Source of the DNA: an uncultured Actinomycetota bacterium
Lineage (GTDB): Bacteria > Actinomycetota > Actinomycetes > Mycobacteriales > CADCTP01
Direction: 5' to 3'
Length of the DNA: 64,000 bases
Assembly: GCA_963785005.1 (NCBI GenBank)
Contig: CAWATS010000008.1
Span: 95,648 to 159,647 of the forward strand
Numbering within the stretch: the first letter of the stretch is position 1; every line of letters starts with the position of its first letter. The notes under the pieces were generated by a model that did not search any database, was not told where the DNA came from, and worked only from the letters and a program-made list of their open reading frames with translations. Below, one piece after another: positions 36,816-47,381 of the stretch. Made by a program: the position numbers and the translations under genes.

Positions 36816-37121
36816 TCAGAGGCGTTCGGTGGTCCAGCCGCCGGGGTTGAGGCGGTCGGTCACGGCCAGCACCATGTCGGCGAGGTCATCGGACCGGGGC
36901 GGCGACAGCAGCCACGAGGAGCAGCCCCGCTCCTCGTCCAGCGACGTGCTGGCGACGCCGCCGACCGCGAGCAGGACCGCGTCGACGCCGGCGTGCAGCT
37001 GGTCGACCAGCTCCTTGTCCGCGGGCTCGCTCGCCGGCCCGTGCCACACCGTGACCACCCGGTAGGCGTACGGGTCGTCCGGGGGCCGCTCGCCGAGCCA
37101 GTAGCCCCGGTCAGCCGGCAT
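36816..37121 (-). CDS. Hypothetical protein (101 aa), last gene of the poly-HAMP kinase operon
   Basis: ATG 37121 overlaps the response-regulator stop by 11 nt; MPADRGYWLGERPPDDPYAYRVVTVWHGPASEPADKELVDQLHAG...; no recognisable family. Confidence 0.55.
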   Translation of the reverse strand: MPADRGYWLGERPPDDPYAYRVVTVWHGPASEPADKELVDQLHAGVDAVLLAVGGVASTSLDEERGCSSWLLSPPRSDDLADMVLAVTDRLNPGGWTTERL

Positions 37122-37701
37122 CGAGAGCGTCGACGGCGGCGCGCAGCCGGGACAGGTGGTCGGCCAGCTCGTCGGCGGCGCCGTCCGGGACCGCCATCCG
37201 CAGCTTCTCGAAACCGTCCTCGACGGCGGCGAGCCGCCCGGACAGCTCGGCCGCGAGGTCGGGCCCGTCGCCGTCCAGGCGCCGGCGCAGCAGCCGGGCC
37301 TGCTCCTGCAGCTGGCAGCGCTTCTCGTACAGGTCGACGAAGACGGCCACCTTCGCCCGCAGCACCCACGGGTCGAACGGCTTCGAGACGTAGTCCACGG
37401 CGCCCACCGAGTAGCCGCGGAACATGTGCTCCGGATCGCCGTGGAAGGCGGTCAGGAAGATGATCGGCACGTCCCGGGTCCGTTCCCGGCGCTTGATCCG
37501 GGTGGCCGTCTCCAGGCCGTCCATCCCCGGCATGCTGACGTCCAGCAGGATCACCGCGAAGTCGTCCGTCAGCAGCGCCTTGAGCGCCTCGTCGCCGGAG
37601 TTGGCCCGGACCAGGTCGTGGTCCAGCACGGCGAGGATGGCCTCGAGGGCGAGCAGGTTCTCCGGGCGGTCGTCGACCAGGAGGACCTTCGTTGCGTTCA
37701 C
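37111..37701 (-). CDS. Response regulator: receiver domain plus a ~70-aa helical C-terminal region, no DNA-binding output
   Basis: GTG 37701; KVLLVDDRPENLLALEAIL...AVILLDVSMPGMDGLETATRIK...PIIFLTA...GAVDYVSKP, then coiled-coil-like QLQEQARLLRRRLDG... Confidence 0.88.
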   Translation of the reverse strand: MNATKVLLVDDRPENLLALEAILAVLDHDLVRANSGDEALKALLTDDFAVILLDVSMPGMDGLETATRIKRRERTRDVPIIFLTAFHGDPEHMFRGYSVGAVDYVSKPFDPWVLRAKVAVFVDLYEKRCQLQEQARLLRRRLDGDGPDLAAELSGRLAAVEDGFEKLRMAVPDGAADELADHLSRLRAAVDALDAG

Positions 37702-37711
37702 GGTGGGGCCC

Positions 37712-40700
37712 CTACCTTCCGAGTCGTTCGCGCAGCACCCGGAGCAGGTGCTGCACGTCCACCGGCTTGGTGACGTAGTCGGAGGCGCCGGCGCTCAGGC
37801 TGCGCTCCCGGTCGCCGTGCATCGCCTTGGCCGTCACCGCGACGATCGGCAGCTCGGCGTGCTCGGGCCGGGACCGGATCGCCGCCATCGTCTCGTTGCC
37901 GTCCATGCCGGGCATCATCACGTCCATCAGCACGGCGTCGACGGCCGGGTCGCCGTCCAGGGCGGCCATCGCGCTGTCGCCGGTGTCGGCGTACGAGACC
38001 TCCATGCCGTTCAGCTCCAGGACGCTGGCCAGCGCGAAGACGTTCCGGACGTCGTCGTCGACGACGAGGATCCGCTTGCCGGTCAGCGCGCCGTCGTCCG
38101 TCCCGGCGGTCCGGTCCACGTCCGCCGGCGCCGGCACCGGAGCGGTCCGGTACGCCGGCTGGCCGGCCGGGTCCACCGAGAGCGTCGGCAGGTAGAGCGT
38201 GAACGTCGACCCGCGCCCGGTGCTGGAGTCCACCTGGATCTCCCCGCCGAGCAGGTGTGCGATCTCCCGGCTGATCGAGAGCCCCAGCCCGGTCCCGCCG
38301 TACCGCCTGCTCGTCGTCCCGTCCGCCTGCTGGAACGCCTCGAAGATGATCTTCAGCTTGTCCGCCGGGATGCCGATGCCGGTGTCGGTGACCTCGAAGG
38401 AGACGACAGCGCCGGCCCGGCGCAGGGTTGGTTTCGCGAAGCGGCCCGGCTCGGCGCTGCCGATCGTCAGCCGCACCTCGCCGGACTCGGTGAACTTGAC
38501 CGCGTTCGAGAGCAGGTTGCGCAGGATCTGCTGGAGCCGGCGCGCGTCGGTGTGCAGGACGGCCGGCAGCCGGTCGTCCAGCCTGACGGTGAAGCCCAGC
38601 CCCTTGTCCGCGGTGAGCGGGCGGCACAGGCCCTCGACGTAGTCGACCAGGCTGGCGAACGACACCTCCGCCGGGGTGAAGTCCATCTTCCCCGCCTCCA
38701 CCTTGGACAGGTCGAGGATGTCGTCGATCAGCTGCAGCAGGTCGCTGCCCGCGCCGTGGATGACCGCGGCGTACTTGACCTGCTCGTCGGTGAGGTTGCC
38801 GCCCGGGTTGTCGGCCAGCAGCCGGGCCAGGATGAGCAGGCTGTTCAGCGGCGTCCGCAGCTCGTGCGACATGTTCGCCAGGAACTCCGACTTGTACCGG
38901 GACGACACGGCCAGCTGCTCGGCGCGCTCCGCGAGCGCCCGCCCGGCCTCCTCGATCTCGACGTTCTTCACCTCGATCGCCCGGTTGTTCTCGGCCAGCA
39001 GCGCGGCCTTCTCCTCCAGCTCGGTGTTGGTCTTGCGCAGCTTCTCCTGCTGGCCCTGCAGCTGCCCGGACCGCTCCTGCAGCTCCTCGGTGAGCCGCCG
39101 GGACTGGATGAGCAGCTCCTCGGTCCGCGAGTTGGCGATGATCGTGTTGACGGTGACGCCGATCGTCTCGGTGATCTGGTCGAGGAAGGCCAGGTGCGCG
39201 TCGGTGAACGGGCTGAACGACGCCAGCTCGATCACCGCGAGGACCCGGTCCTCGAACAGCACCGGGAGCACCACGACCTCCGCCGGCGGGGCGGCGCCGA
39301 GCGAGGAGGAGATCCGGACGTAGCCCGCCGGGACGGCGGTCAGGTGGACCCGCTTGCCCTCGGCCGCCGACTGGCCGACCAGCGTCTCCCCGAAGGCGAA
39401 GTGGTCCGGCACCGCCGGCCGGGCCGGGTAGCCGTAGCTGGCGATCATCCGCAGCTGCGCCCGGCCGGCGCCGCCGGTGGGGTCGGCCTCCGAGGCCTGG
39501 GTCACCTCGGCGGCCTCGGCCAGGAAGAAGGCGCCGCACTGCGCCTCGACCACGGGGGTCAGCTCGGTCATGATCAGCCTGGCCACGGCCGGCAGGTCGC
39601 GCTGGCCCTGCATGAGGCCGGAGACCCGGGCCAGGTTCGTCTTCAGCCAGTCCTGCTCGCGGTTCGCCCGGGTGGTCTCCCGCAGCGTCGCGATCATCTG
39701 GTTGATGGTGTCCTTGAGCGCGGCCACCTCGCCGGCCGCGTCCACCGTGATCTTCCGGGTCAGGTCGCCGCGGGTCACGCCGGTGGACACGTCGGCGATC
39801 GCGCGCAGCTGGATGGTCAGCGTGCTGGCCAGCTGGTTGACGTTCTCGGTCAGGTCCTTCCAGGTGCCGGCGACGCCGGGCACCCGGGCCTGGCCGCCGA
39901 GCTTGCCCTCGGTGCCGACCTCGCGGGCGACCCGGGTGACCTCGTCGGCGAAGGCGGACAGCTGGTCCACCATGATGTTGATCGTCGTCTTCAGCTCGAG
40001 GATCTCGCCGCGGGCGTCGACGTCGATCTTGCGGCGCAGGTCGCCGCGGGCCACCGCCGTGGTGACCTCGGCGATGTTGCGCACCTGACCGGTCAGGTTG
40101 TTCGCCATCGAGTTGACGTTGTCGGTGAGGTCCTTCCAGGTGCCGGCGACGCCGGGCACCCGGGCCTGGCCGCCGAGGATGCCCTCGGTGCCGACCTCGC
40201 GGGCGACCCGGGTGACCTCGTCGGCGAAGGCACGCAGCGTGTCCACCATCGTGTTGATCGTCTGGGCCAGCGCGGCGGTCTCGCCCTCGGCCTCGACGGT
40301 GATCTTCTGGGACAGGTCGCCGCGGGCGACCGCGGTCGCGACCTGGGCGATGTTGCGGACCTGGCTGGTCAGGTTGCCGGCCATCGAGTTGACGTTGTCG
40401 GTGAGGTCCTTCCAGGTGCCGGACGCGCCGCGGACCCGGGCCTGGCCGCCGAGCTTGCCCTCGGTGCCGACCTCGCGGGCGACCCGGGTGACCTCGTCGG
40501 CGAAGGCGGACAGCTGGTCCACCATGGTGTTGATCGTCGTCTTCAGCTCGAGGATCTCGCCGCGGGCGTCGACGTCGATCTTCTTGCCCAGGTCGCCGTT
40601 GGCGACCGCCGTGGTGACCTCGGCGATGTTGCGGACCTGCGCGGTCAGCGTGCCGGCCATGAAGTTGACCGAGTCGGTCAGGTCCTTCCAGGTGCCGGAG

Positions 40701-41848
40701 GCGCCGGGCACCTCGGCCTGCCCACCCAGCCGGCCCTCCGAGCCGACCTCGCGGGCGACCCGGGTGACCTCGTCGGCGAAGCCGGACAGCTGGTCGATCA
40801 TGGTGTTGACGGTGGTCTTCAGCTCCAGCAGCTCGCCGGAGACGTCGACGGTGATCTTGCGGGACAGGTCGCCACGGGCGACCGCGGTGGTCACCTGGGC
40901 GATGTCCCGCAGCTGCGCGGTGAGGTTGCCGGCCATCGAGTTGACGTTGTCGGTCAGGTCCTTCCAGGTGCCGGCCACCCCCGGAACGGTCGCCTGCCCG
41001 CCCAGCGTCCCCTCGCTGCCGACCTCGCGGGCCAGCCGGGTCACCTCGTCGGCGAAGTCGCGCAGCTGGCCGACCATCCGGTTGACGGTGACCTTCAGCT
41101 CGAGCATCTCGCCGGCCACGTCGACGGTGACGGTCCGGGACAGGTCACCGTTGGCCACCGCCGTCGTGACCAGGGCGATGTCGCGGACCTGGTTGGTCAG
41201 CCGGCTGGCCATCGTGTTGACCGAGTCGGTGAGGTCCTTCCAGGTGCCGGAGACGCCGCGGACCCGGGCCTGGCCGCCGAGCTTCCCGTCGGTGCCGACC
41301 TCGCGGGCCACCCGGGTGACCTCGTCGGCGAAGGACCCGAGCTGGGCGACCATGCCGTTGACGGTGCGCGCCATCCGGAGGAACTCGCCGCGCAGCCGCT
41401 GGTCGCCGGAGCGCAGGTCGATGGTCTGGGACAGGTCGCCGGCCGCGACCGCGCCGAGCACCCGGCCGACCTCGACGGTCGGCCGGACCAGCTCGTCGAC
41501 CAGGTCGTTCGCGGCGGTGACCGCGGTGGCCCAGGCGCCGGCGCCGTCGCCCGGGCGGAGCCGCTCGTCCAGCCGGCCGTCCCGGCCGACCACCCGGCGG
41601 ACCCGGTCCAGCTCGCCGGTCAGGTGCCGGTTGCGCTCGACCACCTCGTTGAACGCCGTCGCCAGCCGGGCCATGGCGCCGTCCGGCTCGCCGGTGGCCC
41701 GCAGCCGGACCCGGAAGTCGCCGTCCCGGACGGCGGTCAGCGCGTCGAACAGCCGCTCGACCTCGGCCCCGTCCAGCCCGCCGGCGGCCGGCGGACCGTC
41801 CGGCGGGAGCGCGGGGTGGCGCCGCGGCGCGGCGGTGGGTGCGACCAC
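37712..41848 (-). CDS. Soluble hybrid sensor histidine kinase: poly-HAMP array, GAF, HisKA, HATPase_c, receiver
   Basis: Probable GTG 41848, 5 nt after GAGGAGG. No TM segment. Repeated ...[55 protein letters not shown]... modules. H-box [12 protein letters not shown]-boxes DTGIGIP...[10 protein letters not shown]-terminal receiver ILVVDDD...[11 protein letters not shown]...VTAKA. Confidence 0.9.
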   Translation of the reverse strand: MVAPTAAPRRHPALPPDGPPAAGGLDGAEVERLFDALTAVRDGDFRVRLRATGEPDGAMARLATAFNEVVERNRHLTGELDRVRRVVGRDGRLDERLRPGDGAGAWATAVTAANDLVDELVRPTVEVGRVLGAVAAGDLSQTIDLRSGDQRLRGEFLRMARTVNGMVAQLGSFADEVTRVAREVGTDGKLGGQARVRGVSGTWKDLTDSVNTMASRLTNQVRDIALVTTAVANGDLSRTVTVDVAGEMLELKVTVNRMVGQLRDFADEVTRLAREVGSEGTLGGQATVPGVAGTWKDLTDNVNSMAGNLTAQLRDIAQVTTAVARGDLSRKITVDVSGELLELKTTVNTMIDQLSGFADEVTRVAREVGSEGRLGGQAEVPGASGTWKDLTDSVNFMAGTLTAQVRNIAEVTTAVANGDLGKKIDVDARGEILELKTTINTMVDQLSAFADEVTRVAREVGTEGKLGGQARVRGASGTWKDLTDNVNSMAGNLTSQVRNIAQVATAVARGDLSQKITVEAEGETAALAQTINTMVDTLRAFADEVTRVAREVGTEGILGGQARVPGVAGTWKDLTDNVNSMANNLTGQVRNIAEVTTAVARGDLRRKIDVDARGEILELKTTINIMVDQLSAFADEVTRVAREVGTEGKLGGQARVPGVAGTWKDLTENVNQLASTLTIQLRAIADVSTGVTRGDLTRKITVDAAGEVAALKDTINQMIATLRETTRANREQDWLKTNLARVSGLMQGQRDLPAVARLIMTELTPVVEAQCGAFFLAEAAEVTQASEADPTGGAGRAQLRMIASYGYPARPAVPDHFAFGETLVGQSAAEGKRVHLTAVPAGYVRISSSLGAAPPAEVVVLPVLFEDRVLAVIELASFSPFTDAHLAFLDQITETIGVTVNTIIANSRTEELLIQSRRLTEELQERSGQLQGQQEKLRKTNTELEEKAALLAENNRAIEVKNVEIEEAGRALAERAEQLAVSSRYKSEFLANMSHELRTPLNSLLILARLLADNPGGNLTDEQVKYAAVIHGAGSDLLQLIDDILDLSKVEAGKMDFTPAEVSFASLVDYVEGLCRPLTADKGLGFTVRLDDRLPAVLHTDARRLQQILRNLLSNAVKFTESGEVRLTIGSAEPGRFAKPTLRRAGAVVSFEVTDTGIGIPADKLKIIFEAFQQADGTTSRRYGGTGLGLSISREIAHLLGGEIQVDSSTGRGSTFTLYLPTLSVDPAGQPAYRTAPVPAPADVDRTAGTDDGALTGKRILVVDDDVRNVFALASVLELNGMEVSYADTGDSAMAALDGDPAVDAVLMDVMMPGMDGNETMAAIRSRPEHAELPIVAVTAKAMHGDRERSLSAGASDYVTKPVDVQHLLRVLRERLGR
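39640..41490 (-). repeat. In-frame tandem array of 276-bp units (92 aa, di-HAMP module), at least 6 units, inside the kinase gene
   Basis: The plus-strand marker GTCCTTCCAGGTGCC (encoding TWKD) recurs at 39854, 40130, 40406, 40682, 40958 and 41234, exactly 276 bp apart each time. Long runs of identity between units. Confidence 0.92.
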
Positions 41849-42019
41849 CGGGACCTCCTCGACCCGGTCGCGGGCAGCCTGTCCGCCCACCGTGCGGCCC
41901 GGGTCGCCGGCAAGTCTGGCACGCCGACCGCCCCGTCCCGGCACGTCGGTCCCGGGTGGGGCCGGCCCCGGAGTGATCTCCGACCGGCCCCGCGCGGCCC
42001 GGCCTGCCACTCTGGTCAC

Positions 42020-44389
42020 GTGTCGGTCACCGCCCGGGCGCCCGCGGACAGCTCCGCCGGCGGACGCCTGCTGGTCCGCCGCGGCTCCGATCTCGCCCGC
42101 GCGCTGCTCGCCGCCGTCCTGCTCGCGGCGGTGGTCGGCCTCGCCGCCGTCACCCCCGCCGGGAGCGGCGGGCTCACCGAGGACGTCGCGGCCTGGTTCA
42201 GCCGCCTCGCGGGGCTGCTGGTCACCGCGCTCGACGTGCTGTCCGCGCTCGCGGTGCTGGCGGTCGTCCTGGTGATCCTGGTGGACGCGGCGCTGCACCG
42301 GCGGCGCGCGCTGGTCACCGCGCTGCTGGCCGCGGTGGTGTCCGTCCTGGTGCTCGCCCCGCTGATCTTCCTCGTCGACGCGCAGGAGACCAGTCGCCTC
42401 ACCGAGACGTTCGACATCGCAGTGGCGTCGGTGGTGGACCCGACGGCCGCCTTCGCCGCGTTCCTGACCGGTGCCGACCTGCGCTCCCGGCGGCGCTGGA
42501 CCCGCCCGGCGCTGGCCGCGGTCGTCCTGGTCCTGCTCGCCGGCCTGGCGGTCGGCTCGCTCAACCCGCTCAGCGCGGCGGCCGCCCTGCTCTACGGCTG
42601 GTTGGTCGGCCTGACTGCCCGGCTCGCGCTCGGCGTGCCGGCCGCCCGGCCGCCGGAGAGCCTGGTGCTCAGTGCCCTGCGGCAGGCGGGCATCCAGGTC
42701 GACGGGCTGGAGCGGACCCTGGACCACGCCGGCCTGGCCCGGTACGAGACGCGGCTGGACGACGGCGGCCGGCTGGACGTGGTCGTGCTCGACCGGGACC
42801 GGCGGGACGCGCGGCTGCTCGGCCGGCTGTGGCGGATCGTACGGCTGCGCACGGCGGCCGCGGGGCACCCGCCGCTGACGGTCCGGGCGGCCGTCGAGCG
42901 GCAGGCGCTGGCCGCGCACATCGCCACCGCGGGCGGCGTGCGGGTGGCCCGGATCCGGGCGCTGACGGCGGCCGGCTCGGACGCGATCGTGCTGGTCCGC
43001 GACCGTGTCGCCGGCACCCGGCTGAGCGACCTGCCGGCCGGGTCACTGGACACCGAGGTCCTCGACGACGCCTGGCGGCAGCTGCGGCGGCTGCACGTGG
43101 CCCGGGTCGCCCACCGCGACCTGACCGGCGACAACGTCGTGGTCGGAGCAGATCACCGGGTCGCGTTCGTCGGGATGTCCGACGCGGAGGTCGCCGCCAG
43201 CGAGCTGCTGCTCCGGCTCGACGTCGCCGAGCTGCTCGCCACCCTCGCCCTCGCCGCGGGTGCGAAGCCCGCCGTCTCGGCGCTGCACAGCCACTACCGC
43301 CCGGTCGACGTCGTCGCGGTCGCGGCGCTGCTCCAGCCGGTCGCGCTGGCGTCCGCGACGCGCCGGACGCTGCGTGGCTCCCCGGGGCTGCTGGCCGAGC
43401 TGCGGAAGGAGCTGCTCGCGGACGCCCCGGCGCCGCAGACCGAGACCCGGCCGATCCGGATCGAACGGTTCCGGCCGCGTACGGTGCTGAGCATCGCCGG
43501 TGCGACCGTGGCCGCCCAGCTGCTGTTCACCCAGCTGGCCCGGGCGAACCCGGAAACGGCGATCGCCAACGCGCAGCTGGTCTGGACGCTGGGTGCGCTG
43601 GCCGGTGCCGCGGTGACCTTCCTCGGCGCGGCGATCTGCCTGATCGCGTTCACCCCGATCCGGCTGCGGGTCTGGCGGACGACCGCGGTCCAGCTGGCCT
43701 CGTCCTTCGTCAAGCTGGTCACCCCGCCCGCGGTCGGCCAGGTGGCGCTCAACGTCCGCTACCTGCAGCGGGCCGGCGCGGACGCGGCGACCGCGGCGGC
43801 CTCGGTCGGGCTCACCCAGGCCGGCAACCTGGTCGGCACGGTCGCGCTGCTGGTCGTCGGGGCCAGCCTGACCGGCGGCACCATCGACAGTGCCTCGCTG
43901 CTGCCCAGCGGGACGGTCCTGACGATCCTCACGGTCGCGCTCGTGGTCGCCGTGGGCCTGGCGCTGTTGCCGGTCAGCCGGCGGCTGATCAGGCAGCGGG
44001 CACTGCCCCAGATCCGGGACGCGCTGCCGCGGCTGCTGGACGTGCTGAGCCAGCCCCGCCGGCTGGCCGCGAGCCTGCTCGGCAACCTGCTGCTGACCGG
44101 CGGCTTCGTGGTCGCGCTGGCCGCCTCGCTGCGCGCCTTCGGCGAGGACCCCACCCTGCTGCAGGTCGCGGTCGTCTACCTGGCCGGCAGCGCCGTCGGG
44201 TCGGCCGCCCCGACCCCCGGCGGGCTCGGCGCGGTCGAGGCCGCGCTGGTCGCCGGACTGGCGGCGATCGGGGTGCCCGCCTCGGCGGGGGTGCCGGCGG
44301 TGCTGGTCTTCCGGACCGCCACGTTCTGGCTGCCGGTCGTGCCCGGCTGGGTCGCCTTCGCCCTGCTGCAGCGCCGCGCGGTGCTGTGA
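42020..44389 (+). CDS. Polytopic membrane protein: N-terminal TM block + kinase-like (HxDxxxxN) domain + C-terminal flippase-like / lysyl-PG-synthase-TM-type domain
   Basis: GTG 42020, divergent from the kinase operon. ...[18 protein letters not shown] (Brenner-type catalytic loop). C-terminal ...[26 protein letters not shown]... typical of the LPG_synthase_TM/flippase-like family. 789 aa. Confidence 0.75.
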   Translation: MSVTARAPADSSAGGRLLVRRGSDLARALLAAVLLAAVVGLAAVTPAGSGGLTEDVAAWFSRLAGLLVTALDVLSALAVLAVVLVILVDAALHRRRALVTALLAAVVSVLVLAPLIFLVDAQETSRLTETFDIAVASVVDPTAAFAAFLTGADLRSRRRWTRPALAAVVLVLLAGLAVGSLNPLSAAAALLYGWLVGLTARLALGVPAARPPESLVLSALRQAGIQVDGLERTLDHAGLARYETRLDDGGRLDVVVLDRDRRDARLLGRLWRIVRLRTAAAGHPPLTVRAAVERQALAAHIATAGGVRVARIRALTAAGSDAIVLVRDRVAGTRLSDLPAGSLDTEVLDDAWRQLRRLHVARVAHRDLTGDNVVVGADHRVAFVGMSDAEVAASELLLRLDVAELLATLALAAGAKPAVSALHSHYRPVDVVAVAALLQPVALASATRRTLRGSPGLLAELRKELLADAPAPQTETRPIRIERFRPRTVLSIAGATVAAQLLFTQLARANPETAIANAQLVWTLGALAGAAVTFLGAAICLIAFTPIRLRVWRTTAVQLASSFVKLVTPPAVGQVALNVRYLQRAGADAATAAASVGLTQAGNLVGTVALLVVGASLTGGTIDSASLLPSGTVLTILTVALVVAVGLALLPVSRRLIRQRALPQIRDALPRLLDVLSQPRRLAASLLGNLLLTGGFVVALAASLRAFGEDPTLLQVAVVYLAGSAVGSAAPTPGGLGAVEAALVAGLAAIGVPASAGVPAVLVFRTATFWLPVVPGWVAFALLQRRAVL

Positions 44390-44439
44390 CCGGCGGCGGG
44401 GCCGGGCCGGGGCCATGGCATCCATGGCAGGGTGGGGCC

Positions 44440-45903
44440 GTGCGGGGCGCGTGGCCGGTGCGAGCGGTGCGGGCGGCGGAGGAGGCGCTGCTGCGCAGCG
44501 TGCCCGAGGGTGCGCTGATGCAGCGGGCGGCCACCGGTCTCGCCGTCCACTGCGTCCGCCTGCTCGGCCGGCGCGAGCCGCGCGCACGGCCGGGGGTGTA
44601 CGGAGCCCGCGTCGTGCTGCTCGTCGGCGCGGGCAACAACGGCGGGGACGCGCTGTTCGCCGGGGTGCGGCTCGCGCGGCGGGGCGCCGACGTCACCGCC
44701 GTGCTGCTGGCGCCGTCCCGGGCGCACCCCGGTGGGCTGGCCGCGCTGACCGCCGCCGGGGGGCGGACGCTGCCGGTCGGCGCCGCGGCGCTGGCGGCGA
44801 CCCGGGACGCCCGGCTGGTGCTGGACGGGATCGTCGGCCTGGGCGGGGCCGGCGGGCTGCGGGCGGACGCGGCGGAGCTGGCCGCGGCGGCCGGGACCGG
44901 GCCGGGGGTCACCGTTGCCGTCGACCTGCCGAGCGGGCTGGACGCGGACACCGGTGCGGCCCCCGGCGCCGCGGTCCGCGCCGACGTGACCGTCACCTTC
45001 GGCTGCCTGAAGCCGGGCCTGCTGGTCGGCGCCGGTGCGGAGCTGGCCGGGGAGGTGCGGCTGGTCGACATCGGCCTCGGGCCGTGCCTGCCGGACCCGG
45101 ACGTCCGGGTGCTCGACCGCGCCGACGTCGCCGCGCTGCTGCCGGTGCCCGGTCCGTCGGACGACAAGTACACCCGGGGCGTGGCGGGGGTGGCGGCCGG
45201 CTCGGCGACCTACCCCGGCGCGGGGATGCTCTGCACCGGCGCCGCGGTGCGTGGCGGCGCCGGCATGGTCCGCTACGCCGGGGCCGCCGCCGGGTACGTC
45301 CGCGCCCGGTGGCCGGAGGCCGTGGTGACCGAGGGCAGGCCGAGCGAGGCCGGCCGGGTGCAGGCCTGGGTCGTCGGCCCCGGCCTGGGGACCGACGACC
45401 GGGCGGCGGAGCTGCTCCGGGACGTGCTGGCCACCGACGTGCCGGTCCTCGTCGACGCGGACGGGCTGACCCTGCTCGCGCGGTCGCCGGAGCTGGTGCG
45501 GGGCCGGTCGGCGCCGACCGTGCTCACCCCGCACGACCGGGAGTTCGAGCGGATCGCCGGGCCGGTCGGTGCCGACCGGGTCGGCGCGGCCCGGCGGGCG
45601 GCGGCCGACCTGGGCGCGGTGGTGCTGCTCAAGGGCAACGCGACGGTGGTGGCCGGGCCGGACGGGATCGCGTACGTCAACCCGACCGGGACGCCGTGGC
45701 TGGCGACGGCCGGCAGCGGGGACGTGCTGTCCGGGCTCGGCGGCGCGCTGCTCGCCGGCGGGCTCGACCCGGCGCAGGCCGCCGCGGCGGCCGCCTGGGT
45801 GCACGGCCTGGCCGGCCGGCTCGCGGCGGGCGGGGTGCCCACCTCCGCGGCCGGCGTGCTGGACGCCCTGCCCGCCGCGCTGCGCGCCGTCCGTCCCGGC
45901 TGA
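44440..45903 (+). CDS. nnr: Bifunctional NAD(P)H-hydrate repair enzyme (epimerase + ADP-dependent dehydratase)
   Basis: GTG 44440; ...VVLLVGAGNNGGDALFAG (YjeF-N)...KYTRGVAGVAAGSATYPGAGML...ATAGSGDVLSGLGGALLAGG (YjeF-C/carbohydrate kinase). Confidence 0.9.
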   Translation: MRGAWPVRAVRAAEEALLRSVPEGALMQRAATGLAVHCVRLLGRREPRARPGVYGARVVLLVGAGNNGGDALFAGVRLARRGADVTAVLLAPSRAHPGGLAALTAAGGRTLPVGAAALAATRDARLVLDGIVGLGGAGGLRADAAELAAAAGTGPGVTVAVDLPSGLDADTGAAPGAAVRADVTVTFGCLKPGLLVGAGAELAGEVRLVDIGLGPCLPDPDVRVLDRADVAALLPVPGPSDDKYTRGVAGVAAGSATYPGAGMLCTGAAVRGGAGMVRYAGAAAGYVRARWPEAVVTEGRPSEAGRVQAWVVGPGLGTDDRAAELLRDVLATDVPVLVDADGLTLLARSPELVRGRSAPTVLTPHDREFERIAGPVGADRVGAARRAAADLGAVVLLKGNATVVAGPDGIAYVNPTGTPWLATAGSGDVLSGLGGALLAGGLDPAQAAAAAAWVHGLAGRLAAGGVPTSAAGVLDALPAALRAVRPG

Positions 45904-45941
45904 CGGGCGGCGCCGCCCGGGCCCGGGCGGCGGGCGACGGG

Positions 45942-47178
45942 TCAGCGCAGCGTCAGGCGGGCCGGGTCGACGAGCAGGTAGGCGCCCGCGGTACGCAGCT
46001 CACCCGCGCCCTCGGCGGCGGCGACGCCGGCGCGCCCGGCGAAGTCGACCGCGGCCGGCCGGACCTCGGCGGTGAAGGACGCGACCTGGCCGGGCCGCAC
46101 CCGCTGTCGCGACTCCGACCGGGCGGCCAGCTGCACCCAGACCCGTCGTCCCGGCCCGGCGCCCACCCAGAAGCCCTCGTCGGCCGGCACCGACTGCACC
46201 GGCACCTCCCGGGCCACCGCCCGCCGGCCGGCGTGCACCCGCAGCGAGCCGACCCGTGCGACCGGCAGCAGCCGGGTCCCGTCCACGCTCAGCTGCGCCG
46301 GGACGGCGGCCGGCGCGGCGGCCGGCGCGGCAGCCGGCGGGGAAGGCGGCACGGCCTGCGGGTCGCCGGCCAGCGCGACCGCCACCGCGACCGCGACGGC
46401 GGTGACCCCGGCCGTGCCGGCGGTCGCCGGCACCGGGTTCGCCCGTGACCCAGGACCAGGCCCTGCCGGGCAGCGCGAGCAGCAGCGCGACCGGCGCCAG
46501 CCCGGTCAGTGCCCGGCGGCGGGTCAGCAGCGGCTCGGCCAGGCCCGCGCACGTCGCGCAGTCGAGCAGGTGCTCGGCGGCGCCCAGCGCCTCCTGCCGG
46601 CGGCGGTCGCCCAGCGAGAGGGCGTCGAGGACCGGCCGGCAACGCGGCGTGGGCGGCCGCAGCCCGCGCAGCGCGAGCAGGTGCTCGACGCGCAGCCGGG
46701 CCCGGGCGCGGGCCAGCCGGGCGGCGACCGCGCCCGGGCTGGTGCCGTGCTCGGCGGCGAGCTTGCCGGTCCCGATGCCGGCGACCTCGTGGTCGAGCAG
46801 CAGCCGGCGGTCCTCCTCGCGCAGCGCGGCGAGCCCGGCCACCACCGCCGCGCGCTCCTCGCCGGCGAGCACGTCCAGCGCCGGGTCGTCCGTGGTGGGC
46901 TGCTCGGCCAGCAGCGGGGCGTGCCGCCGGTGCACCGCGCGAGCGCGCTCGGCGGAGGCGAGCAGGTTGCGGGCCACCACGATCCCGTACGCCAGCAGCG
47001 CCCCGCGCTCCAGCCGCCACCGGACCTCCCAGAGCCGGGCGAGCGTCTCCTGCACCACGTCGTCGACGTCGGCCCGGGACGTCACGCGCGCGGACACGAA
47101 GCGCCGTACGGCGCCGGCCACGACGAGCAGGTCCTCCGCGGTGGCCTGCTCCCGGACCGGGCGTACGGATCGCGTCAT
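45942..47178 (-). pseudogene. ECF sigma factor fused to an anti-sigma-like zinc-finger/TM/extracytoplasmic extension; frame-disrupted as assembled (+1 shift near 46425-46445)
   Basis: ATG 47178. Sigma-2 region ...DVDDVVQETLARLWE and sigma-4 ...LLDHEVAGIGTGKLAAEHGTSPGAVAARLARARARL. Then HLLDCATCAG (HxxxCxxC), hydrophobic LAPVALLLALPG. The frame then degenerates to Arg/Gly junk, while the +1 frame (ORF 45942..46433) reads sensibly: ...TAVAVAVAVALAGDPQAV...LSVDGTRLLPVARVG... Length is 3n+1. Confidence 0.7.
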
Positions 47179-47381
47179 GACAGGGCTCCGACCTGCTGGC
47201 TGCTTGGTGCCTCTCCGGTAGCGGGCATCCGAAAACGTGCGTCATCCACGGGCGGCGAACTCGTCGGCGGCCCGGCCGGTTCCGCCGCCCCGCCCGGAGG
47301 GGATCAGATCAGGCGGCGACCGGCAACCGCACGGGTCGCGCCGGCCGCACCGGCACCCTCCCTTCGGATCAAGGAGCCCCC

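Noticed and set aside
37424-42019. Upstream 1530 codons of the giant 2321-aa plus-strand ORF (37424..44389), which is the largest ORF in the window.
   Set aside because: It is the antisense shadow of the poly-HAMP kinase and response-regulator genes. The translation is monotonous Arg/Gly/Asp/Leu/Val-rich, mirrors the 276-bp repeats and has no motifs. Only the last 789 codons (from GTG 42020) look like a real membrane protein.
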